From: an uncultured Candidatus Saccharibacteria bacterium
GTDB taxonomy: Bacteria; Patescibacteriota; Minisyncoccia; Phycocordibacterales; DATDWN01
Direction: 5' to 3'
NCBI GenBank assembly: GCA_964552275.1
Contig: CAZKFS010000002.1
Coordinates: forward strand, 1-34,428
Length of the DNA: 34,428 nucleotides
In this document: piece by piece, positions 17,713 through 24,301 of the stretch
Numbering within the stretch: position 1 is the first letter of the stretch
Layout: each line of letters starts with the position of its first letter
Notes under the pieces: generated by a model
Databases searched by the model: none
The model's input: the letters and a program-made list of their open reading frames with translations, nothing else
What the model was told of the DNA's origin: nothing
Made by a program: the position numbers and the translations under genes

Positions 17713-17764
17713 CTCGTTGTTAGTGGAGCCAGAATATCGGCTCCATCAGCACGAGGCTTTTTTG
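17713..17764 (+). terminator. nested-hairpin intrinsic terminator, copy 2 of the duplicated module
   Basis: Same inner hairpin GGAGCC agaatatc GGCTCC, ATCAGCACGAGGC and T-run as copy 1, with 45 nt identical. Confidence 0.8.
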
Positions 17765-17811
17765 TTTGTTAAAAAATTTTTTTATGGTAGAGTGTTTCTG
17801 GGAGAAACTTG

Positions 17812-17892
17812 ATGATTAAGCTCATACTCGTTACGTTCGGGTTTGCCCTTGCGGCAACCCTGGTAGTCGTCTGCTTTTTGTTGAGGGTGTAA
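17812..17892 (+). CDS. 26-aa hydrophobic peptide MIKLILVTFGFALAATLVVVCFLLRV (GC-rich island E, first ORF)
   Basis: GGGAGA SD lies 7 nt upstream of ATG 17812. The peptide is a single TM helix. Its stop is 2 nt before the next start. It is below the 60-aa ORF-track cutoff, so I translated it by hand. Confidence 0.4.
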   Translation: MIKLILVTFGFALAATLVVVCFLLRV

Positions 17893-17894
17893 AA

Positions 17895-18122
17895 GTGAAA
17901 AAAGAAAATCTAGGAACGATTTGTCCCACTGTGGGGTGTCCAAAGGATGGCAGTACCACTTCCGTCTTTGGGACCTATCCATATTTCACGTGTACGGTGT
18001 GTCACACCCTCCTCGGTGAGTTTAAGGAGGGGGATCAGGAGAATCTGGTCGACTACTCACAGGTCAAGATGGAGAAGGATCTTAAGGCTCAGGAGGGCGA
18101 CAAGAACAACGGCTTTGTGTAG
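17895..18122 (+). CDS. hypothetical zinc-ribbon-like protein, 75 aa (GC-rich island E, second ORF)
   Basis: GTG start with a GAGGGTG SD 5 nt upstream. Cysteine pairs CPTVGC and CTVC. Acidic C-terminal tail. Confidence 0.5.
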   Translation: MKKENLGTICPTVGCPKDGSTTSVFGTYPYFTCTVCHTLLGEFKEGDQENLVDYSQVKMEKDLKAQEGDKNNGFV

Positions 18123-18161
18123 GTGGGGCGAAACTTCGCTCCACCTAGACAAGGTTTTTTT
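18121..18161 (+). terminator. hairpin plus T-run after island E
   Basis: Stem AGGTGGGGCG / CGCTCCACCT overlaps the stop codon. T7 run at 18155-18161, separated from the stem by 8 nt. Confidence 0.5.
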
Positions 18162-18193
18162 GATACTCAATAATCCATGTTATCCTTATATCT

Positions 18194-21115
18194 ATGTCAG
18201 ATACTATTTTCGAAGAAAAGTATAAAAAGTTGAACAAGGCTCAAAAGGAGGCCGTGGATACCATAGAAGGTCCTGTAATGGTTGTGGCTGGTCCTGGAAC
18301 TGGCAAGACTACTATTTTGACCCTTCGCATAGCAAACATATTGAAAAAAACAGACAATCCAGCTTCGGGCATTTTGGCTCTAACTTTTACAGATGCTGGA
18401 GCAAAGGTGATGAGGATGAAACTTCGTGAGATTATTGGAAACAGAGCAGATGACGTCAGGATACATACTTTTCATGGTTTTTCCTCCAGTGTTATAGCTG
18501 AATTCCCAGAACACTTTGTTCACTTATCCAGAAGTAAACAAATCACGGACATAGAAGCTGAGTCTATTTTGCGAGAGATTTTGAAAAATAAAAAATATTC
18601 TAAACTGAGACCTTTGGGTGACACAGATTTTTATTTGAATAAAATATTGGGAGCTATAGGAGATTCTAAAAAAGAAGCTTGGAGCCCAGAAACTGTTCGT
18701 AAGTTTGCCTTGGATGAAACAGAAAGAATAAAAAATGACGAAGGCTCGATTTCTTCTAGAGGTGCAACAAAAGGTAGTTTGAAAGCAGATGCTTTAAAGC
18801 GAATAGAAAAATGTGAAAGAACTATTTTGTTTGCCGAGGTTTACGAAGAGTATGAAGCAAAGAAAAAAGACGAGAGAAAGATGGACTTTGATGATTTGTT
18901 GTTTGAGCTGGTTTCGGCTTTGCAAAAAGACGAGTTGCTCTTGCGACTATTGCAAGAGAAGTTTTTGTATATTCTTGTGGATGAACATCAAGACACAAAT
19001 GATTCACAAAACCTTATCGTTTCACTTTTAGCGAACTTTTTTGAAAACCCAAATATATTTGTGGTAGGGGATGAGAAGCAGGCCATCTATCGTTTTCAAG
19101 GTGCTTCAGTCGAAAACTTTCTCAAGTTTCAAAATATCTGGAAGGATATGAAAGTTATTTCACTAGAAGACAATTATCGTTCTCACCAACATATACTGGA
19201 TGCTACTTTCTCTATGATCGAAGAAAACTATGTTGAAGGTGAACACATTAAACTCCGAATCAAACTGAAATCTGGAGTGAAGAGTGATAAGAAACCTATC
19301 GATTTGGTTTTTGCTGACAACACAGACTCTGCGGATCAGTATTTACTACAAGAACTAAAGAATATTTATAAAAAAGAACCAGAGGCAAGCGTTGCTGTTA
19401 TTTTGCGCTGGAACAAAGATGTGGATCATGTGCTGTCTTTATGTGAATCAAACAATGTTAAAGTCACCGCAGAACGTGGAGTAGATATTTTCTCTCATCC
19501 TGTTGGGATGCTTTATTTTAGTATCCTAGAGTATCTTTATGATCCATCTAAAACAGAGGCACTGGCTCAAACCGTTGCAAGTGGTCTGTGGGGTTTGGAT
19601 TTTCAGAAATCAGTTGAGCTTATAAAGAAAATAAGAAGTGGAAGTGTGAGTAGTATAGAAAAAGAAATACCAAAACTCAGAGAATTACTGTCAGAAAAAA
19701 ACCAAGTTGGAGTAATAAACTATCTAATTTCCGTTGGGGAGTTGTCCAGGCTAGTTTCCAAAGAAAGATTGACTGAACCGACCTCTGTCGAGGTTTGGAG
19801 AACCATCATAGACTTGGCACGAGAAATAGCAGTTACCTCTGGTATAGAAAATGTTTCAGATTTAATAAAAGAAATTTTAGACTACCGAAAAACTTCTGAA
19901 AATAAAGTTATAAAGATAGGTAGCGGAAATACTGATGCCAAAATACAAATAATGACAGCTCACTCTTCAAAAGGTCTAGAGTATGACTATGTTTTCCTGC
20001 CCTTGGCTTTGGAAGAAAACTGGATGCGACGACCGCGGTCTTCATCTTTTGTTTTGCCTAGAGAAAAAGATACAAGTGACGAAGTGAGAGATGCTAGGAG
20101 GCTGTTTTATGTTGCTCTGACTCGTGCCAGAAAACATGCGGTTGTTGTTGTTCCTTTGCAGGACAATCTGGGTAAGGATTTCACCCCATTACGTTTTACA
20201 GAAGAATTAAGTAAGAAAGATGTGAACTCAGTAGACGCTCCAAAGGTAAAGTCTGAACCAAAAAGCTTGAAAAATGAGGAGTTGAAAAATCACAGGAAAA
20301 ACGAACTGATCGAATACTCAAAAAGAGTTTTGTTGGAAACTGGATTATCTGTTACAGCACTAAATCATTTTATTTCCTGTCCCTCTGAGTTTTTGTACAA
20401 AAGTATTTTGAAAGTTCCAGAGGCACCGAACCCTAGTTCTGAAAAGGGTATAGCTATGCACAAAGCCATTTCTGAAGTTTGGCGAAGTAAATCAAAAAAT
20501 GTTTCGGATATAACAAAAACAATAGAAGGATCAGTTAAATCCCATTTTGAAAATTCTCTCTTACCAAAAAACGAAAAAGAGATCGTTTTAGAAGAACTCC
20601 TAGCTTCTGCCCCAGTTGTTTCTAGAGCTTTGCTCGAGCATTTTAGTATTTCTGGAACAGTTTTTACTGATAGGTGGATAGAGAAAACGTTTGGAATGAT
20701 GCAAGGTGAAAAAGATATTTTAGTTATTTTGCATGGCCAAATGGATACCATAATAGATATGGGTGAAAAAACTTTGGTTTTTGACTATAAGACCAGAGAA
20801 GCATTGAGTGTAAATGCAATAAAAGGAGAGACAAAAGACTCCGACGGCAAATATTTCAGACAGTTGGTTTTTTATAAAATGCTACTAAGTGAAAACAATA
20901 CATTCAAATCAAAAAACATCGAACCAGCTTTGGTTTTTGTAAAACCAGACGACAAGGGTCGTTGTCCAACTATAGCTATACCAGTATCGAGAGAAGATGA
21001 AGATAGGGTTCAGGCTGAGATAAAAAGTTTGGTAGACAGTGTGTATTCAGGGGATTTTCTGACAAGTACTTGTGATGACAAGGGTTGTGTATTTTGTGCC
21101 TATAAAAATTTTTGA
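18194..21115 (+). CDS. UvrD/PcrA/AddA-type superfamily-1 DNA helicase fused to a C-terminal PD-(D/E)XK Cas4/AddB-type nuclease with Fe-S cysteines
   Basis: Helicase motifs AGPGTGKTT, DEHQDTN, VGDEKQAIYRFQGA, NYRS, AHSSKGLEYD and YVALTRARK. Nuclease motifs MDTI..VFDYKT and QLVFY. Cysteines in ISCPSEF plus C-x5-C-x2-C (TCDDKGCVFC). Confidence 0.85.
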   Translation: MSDTIFEEKYKKLNKAQKEAVDTIEGPVMVVAGPGTGKTTILTLRIANILKKTDNPASGILALTFTDAGAKVMRMKLREIIGNRADDVRIHTFHGFSSSVIAEFPEHFVHLSRSKQITDIEAESILREILKNKKYSKLRPLGDTDFYLNKILGAIGDSKKEAWSPETVRKFALDETERIKNDEGSISSRGATKGSLKADALKRIEKCERTILFAEVYEEYEAKKKDERKMDFDDLLFELVSALQKDELLLRLLQEKFLYILVDEHQDTNDSQNLIVSLLANFFENPNIFVVGDEKQAIYRFQGASVENFLKFQNIWKDMKVISLEDNYRSHQHILDATFSMIEENYVEGEHIKLRIKLKSGVKSDKKPIDLVFADNTDSADQYLLQELKNIYKKEPEASVAVILRWNKDVDHVLSLCESNNVKVTAERGVDIFSHPVGMLYFSILEYLYDPSKTEALAQTVASGLWGLDFQKSVELIKKIRSGSVSSIEKEIPKLRELLSEKNQVGVINYLISVGELSRLVSKERLTEPTSVEVWRTIIDLAREIAVTSGIENVSDLIKEILDYRKTSENKVIKIGSGNTDAKIQIMTAHSSKGLEYDYVFLPLALEENWMRRPRSSSFVLPREKDTSDEVRDARRLFYVALTRARKHAVVVVPLQDNLGKDFTPLRFTEELSKKDVNSVDAPKVKSEPKSLKNEELKNHRKNELIEYSKRVLLETGLSVTALNHFISCPSEFLYKSILKVPEAPNPSSEKGIAMHKAISEVWRSKSKNVSDITKTIEGSVKSHFENSLLPKNEKEIVLEELLASAPVVSRALLEHFSISGTVFTDRWIEKTFGMMQGEKDILVILHGQMDTIIDMGEKTLVFDYKTREALSVNAIKGETKDSDGKYFRQLVFYKMLLSENNTFKSKNIEPALVFVKPDDKGRCPTIAIPVSREDEDRVQAEIKSLVDSVYSGDFLTSTCDDKGCVFCAYKNF

Positions 21116-21123
21116 CATGACGA

Positions 21124-21148
21124 GGGGCGAGCTGTTCAAGCTCGCCCC
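21124..21148. terminator. GC hairpin GGGGCGAGC tgttcaa GCTCGCCCC between the helicase gene and convergent island F
   Basis: Read directly from the sequence. It lies 8 nt after the helicase stop and 11 nt after the island F stop. No clear U-tract on either strand. Confidence 0.5.
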
Positions 21149-21159
21149 GAATGTCGGAT

Positions 21160-21324
21160 CTACTTGCCGTACGGCCAGTAGGTGCGCAGATCTCCCACGT
21201 AGAAGAAGAGGTCACCTTGGTATGCGATGCCGATACCCACTAGTGCAATCAACGTGACCCAAGCCATGAGGACGATCAACCCCAAGCCTCCATAGTCCTG
21301 ATCACGGTTCTCTTGGTCAATCAT
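21160..21324 (-). CDS. hypothetical 54-aa single-TM protein MIDQENRDQDYGGLGLIVLMAWVTLIALVGIGIAYQGDLFFYVGDLRTYWPYGK (GC-rich island F)
   Basis: Hand-translated because it is below the ORF-track cutoff. AAAGGTGGTGA lies upstream, about 15 nt from the ATG. C/G-ending codons. Hairpin downstream. Confidence 0.45.
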   Translation of the reverse strand: MIDQENRDQDYGGLGLIVLMAWVTLIALVGIGIAYQGDLFFYVGDLRTYWPYGK

Positions 21325-21407
21325 TTGTTCGGCCAAGTGTCACCACCTTTCCTCGTGAGGTAAGACTTTCTAACTCTTATTCTATCAAGAGTTTTATAAA
21401 CTGTATA

Positions 21408-22106
21408 TTATTGGAGTAGAGCGTCTATTGTAGACTTTACTGATTCATATGGTTGAGCTCCTTGGATTACTGTTTTGAGCCCATCTTTAGTTATAAGGAT
21501 TGAGTGGGGAGTACCTCTGCCTCCAGCAGCCACAGCGTCTTGGTAGTCTTTTTCTACTTTATCTGCGTATCTTCCACTAGATAGACACTCGTTGAATGCT
21601 TTTACATTGAGACCAACAGATTCAGCGATTTTAGGTAACTGAGCTACATCCAAACCATTGTTTGATGGAGTGATATCGTAGAGCATGTTTATGTATTCCC
21701 AGAACTTGGCACTACCTCCTAGTTCATTTGCACATTCAGTTGCTTCAGATTCCTTTCGAGCTTTAGGATGAAGACCGTCTATTGGGAAGTGTCTGTAAAC
21801 CCAAGCCACTTTTCCGTTTTGACCATAGTCATTCATTATTTTCCTCAGAGTATTATGAAATTGCTTACAATAAGGGCATTCTGTGTCTGAATATTCAACA
21901 ATAATAACGTCAGCGTTTGGGTTTCCTAAAATATGATCCTCTGTAGATACATCTCTCATTGCGCCGCCTATACTAGCACTTCTTTCTTGAGTTGTTTTTT
22001 GGACAGCAACTTGTGTCTTTGCATTTATATTTGAATAATACAAAGCACCGGCCATAAGTCCTCCCGCCACTACAATCGCTATTGGTACAGATAGTTTTTC
22101 TAACAT
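21408..22106 (-). CDS. DsbA-family thiol:disulfide oxidoreductase with N-terminal membrane anchor
   Basis: CPYC active site within a thioredoxin fold and an N-terminal hydrophobic helix. Confidence 0.8.
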   Translation of the reverse strand: MLEKLSVPIAIVVAGGLMAGALYYSNINAKTQVAVQKTTQERSASIGGAMRDVSTEDHILGNPNADVIIVEYSDTECPYCKQFHNTLRKIMNDYGQNGKVAWVYRHFPIDGLHPKARKESEATECANELGGSAKFWEYINMLYDITPSNNGLDVAQLPKIAESVGLNVKAFNECLSSGRYADKVEKDYQDAVAAGGRGTPHSILITKDGLKTVIQGAQPYESVKSTIDALLQ

Positions 22107-22131
22107 ATGTTTTAATTTAAAATAAAATTAT

Positions 22132-22989
22132 ATGGTATCATTCTACTATATGGATTATTTAGTAGCAATCGTTCTGGGCTTTGTTGAAGGTGCAACCGAA
22201 TTTATACCAGTTTCTTCATCCGGACACCTCATAGTTGCAAGGGAATTGCTCGGGGTAAACACTGCAAGTGGCCTGACTTTTGATGCTGTTTTGCAGTTTG
22301 CTGCTTCTTTGGCCGTTGTCGTTTATTTTTGGAAGGATATCAAAAATGTCATAACGACTTTCTATAACATCGTTTCAGGTAGACAAGTAGAAGACAGTCA
22401 GAAAATCTTGTTCTGGTCTATGGTTATCGGTACTTTGCCAGTTGTTTTCTTTGGTTTGCTTTTGGAAAACCAAATGGCAACTGCTTTTAGAAACACCACG
22501 CTCGTTGCTTTCTCTCTGATTTTGGGAAGTTTACTTTTGGCTTTCGCTCAGTTTGTATCCAGAACTGTTTACCAAAATACAGACAAGTTCTCACCGGATA
22601 CCAACCTGCTTTCCAAAAAACTAACTATATTACGGGGAGTGAGCATAAGTTTTTTCCAAGTTCTCGCTCTTTTTCCAGGAGTCTCCAGATCCGGAGCGAC
22701 TATTTCTGGTGGACTTTTAACTGGTTTGTCCAAAGATGATGCGGTGAGGTTCAGTTTTTTGTTGTCTTTGCCAGTTATTTTGGGATCTGGCTTGAAAAAG
22801 TTGTTTGAGGTTAGGGGAGACATGCTCCACACAGGCTTTGGATTGGAGATTTTCTTGGGTTCCGTAACTGCTTTTGTTGTTGGACTGATTTCTATCGGAT
22901 TTCTTCTAAAATATTTAAAAAACCACAATCTAAATGTGTTTATTTGGTACAGAGTTGTTTTAGCAATACTCATCCTTATTCTCATTTAA
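22132..22989 (+). CDS. uppP: undecaprenyl-diphosphate phosphatase
   Basis: EGATEFIPVSSSGHL and PGVSRSGATISGG motifs. The family N-terminus suggests the true start is ATG 22150. Confidence 0.88.
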   Translation: MVSFYYMDYLVAIVLGFVEGATEFIPVSSSGHLIVARELLGVNTASGLTFDAVLQFAASLAVVVYFWKDIKNVITTFYNIVSGRQVEDSQKILFWSMVIGTLPVVFFGLLLENQMATAFRNTTLVAFSLILGSLLLAFAQFVSRTVYQNTDKFSPDTNLLSKKLTILRGVSISFFQVLALFPGVSRSGATISGGLLTGLSKDDAVRFSFLLSLPVILGSGLKKLFEVRGDMLHTGFGLEIFLGSVTAFVVGLISIGFLLKYLKNHNLNVFIWYRVVLAILILILI

Positions 22990-23069
22990 AAACGCGTTCC
23001 AAAAAAGCTTTATTTTAAGCCATATTTTTGGCTTCATGAAAACTATTTTAATTTAAACACGAAAAAACA

Positions 23070-23098
23070 TTGACGTAAAATCCATAGTGTGCTATGAT
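23070..23098 (+). promoter_or_regulatory. strong promoter of island G (TTGACG - 17 nt - TGcTATGAT extended -10)
   Basis: TTGACG at 23070-23075, TG at 23090-23091 and TATGAT at 23093-23098. Confidence 0.7.
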
Positions 23099-23167
23099 TA
23101 TAGTTGGTAAGAACGTCGTGAGATTTTCTTCTGTACACAGACAACAACAACCAACGAGGTACAACAC

Positions 23168-23392
23168 ATGGAAACCGCCACCGCCGAAGAGCAGAAGCTC
23201 GTCGATCAGGGCCAGCAGGCCACTATGGAAAACGTCCAGCACCCCATGTCCGCCGACGCCGGCCAGCATCCCCATTCCGCCATGTCCGATTCCGACGCCG
23301 ACACCCCGAACAACGACATCGGCGACCCCGCGGCCGCGGGCTCCGACATCGGCGATCCGCAGACCGAGCCCGAGCAGAAGCAGCACGCCTGA
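23168..23392 (+). CDS. hypothetical small acidic protein, 74 aa, with duplicated DIGDP motif (GC-rich island G)
   Basis: GAGGT SD lies 7 nt upstream of the ATG. About 90 percent C/G at third codon positions by eye, with a purine-rich first position. GACATCGGCGAYCC occurs twice. Confidence 0.6.
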   Translation: METATAEEQKLVDQGQQATMENVQHPMSADAGQHPHSAMSDSDADTPNNDIGDPAAAGSDIGDPQTEPEQKQHA

Positions 23393-23512
23393 TCGCGCGC
23401 CCCACGGCGGGGCGCCGACACACGGTCGCGGATTCCAGGGAGGGGGCGCGAATGGGTGAGAGAGCACCGCCGAGGAGTTGCCTGTAGGATCGTATAGGTC
23501 CGCAGGCAGGCT

Positions 23513-23550
23513 AGGGAAGGGGGAGAAATCCCCCGACCCTGGTCTTTTTT
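23513..23550 (+). terminator. intrinsic terminator of island G
   Basis: Inner stem GGGGGA gaaa TCCCCC and outer stem AGGG/CCCT, then TCTTTTTT at 23543-23550. Confidence 0.75.
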
Positions 23551-23589
23551 ATATAAAAATTATTTATTTGTAGAGTAAATTCCTAAACT

Positions 23590-23613
23590 CTTACTCAACT
23601 ATACTTTTTCTGG
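23590..23613 (+). repeat. 24-nt intergenic repeat CTTACTCAACTATACTTTTTCTGG, copy 1
   Basis: 23 of 24 nt identical to 33090-33113. Confidence 0.8.
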
Positions 23614-23688
23614 TACCAGAATAATTTCTTGCTAGAAATTTTCTTTCTGCTCACTCTTTCACAGGTTCCGCAGACACCAGAAAAAGTA
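23602..23688. repeat. 13-bp perfect inverted repeat (TACTTTTTCTGGT / ACCAGAAAAAGTA) enclosing a 61-nt spacer with inner hairpin AATTTCT tgct AGAAATT
   Basis: Read directly from the sequence. It lies downstream of the minus-strand exonuclease gene and may serve as its terminator. Confidence 0.6.
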
Positions 23689-23719
23689 CAGTTTCGACGA
23701 GTTTCTTAATTTACGATTT

Positions 23720-24301
23720 CTAAAACAGACTTTGAGTTTTGATTTCGGGCACAGGTTCCCAATGTTTAGTATCTAGTTTAACCTCTTTTGTAAAGGGTCC
23801 TTCTCTAAAGATTATTTTTTTATTTTTCATAGCAAAATCGTAGACATCTCTGGTTATCTTTACATCATCTATACAATACTTCCTTATTTCATCCACTTTT
23901 CCTTCTCTCCACCATTTAACAGCTTCTAAACCGTTACCAACTTTGTTTACACCAAAAGTTCCTTCGGCTATTTTATCCAGCTTGAGCCATCTACCAGACG
24001 AGTTTTTTATTTCCTTAAAAATATCTAGAGAACGGATTGTTTTTATGTCACCTAGACCTGCTTTTTTGTAGTATTTGTTCAGTAGCGGTATATCAAAATG
24101 TTCTCCGTTGAAAGTAATCAGAACATCAGCTTTTTGAAAGTAGGGCCACATTTTTGGAAACTCTTCCTGTCCAAAAGTTTCAAATTTATTTGTTTCGTAG
24201 TCGTATACACCCACTATAGATATATCCAAATCCGCAGGATCTTTCGAACCCACGTCTGAGAATATGTTTTTTGTTTCTATATCAAAAACTATTTTTCGCA
24301 T
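23720..24301 (-). CDS. DEDD-type 3'-5' exonuclease (RNase H-like fold, PolB-exonuclease/YprB-like)
   Basis: Exo I is FDIET, Exo II is FNGEHFDIPLL and Exo III is YCIDDV. Confidence 0.7.
   Translation of the reverse strand: MRKIVFDIETKNIFSDVGSKDPADLDISIVGVYDYETNKFETFGQEEFPKMWPYFQKADVLITFNGEHFDIPLLNKYYKKAGLGDIKTIRSLDIFKEIKNSSGRWLKLDKIAEGTFGVNKVGNGLEAVKWWREGKVDEIRKYCIDDVKITRDVYDFAMKNKKIIFREGPFTKEVKLDTKHWEPVPEIKTQSLF

Noticed and set aside
17782-18225. ORFs 17782-17982 (-) and 17947-18225 (+) in island E
   Set aside because: They overlap the SD-supported peptide/zinc-ribbon pair and run through the terminator hairpin. Their Arg-rich off-frame composition also argues against them.
20976-21257. 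ORFs 20976-21215 (-) and 21072-21257 (+) spanning the helicase 3' end and the hairpin
   Set aside because: They cross the GC hairpin and the helicase stop. The 54-aa minus-strand ORF 21160-21324, with a TM helix and an upstream SD-like motif, explains the region better.
23048-23467. Several long ORFs on both strands across island G (23048-23467 -, 23094-23459 +, 23206-23421 -, 23223-23423 -)
   Set aside because: Their Pro/Arg/Gly-rich low-complexity products are expected from open off-frames in ~70 percent GC DNA. Only 23168-23392 has a correctly spaced SD, a promoter and clean codon periodicity.
23100-23550. Idea that island G is purely a structured ncRNA (RNase P RNA, tmRNA, SRP RNA, 6S)
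   Set aside because: I could not find the conserved cores I know for these RNAs (GGAAAGTCC-type CR-I, the tRNA-like 3' end with T-loop and CCA, the SRP GGAA/AGCA domain IV). The 5' half also shows strong coding periodicity. A functional 3' UTR remains possible and is reported as a finding.
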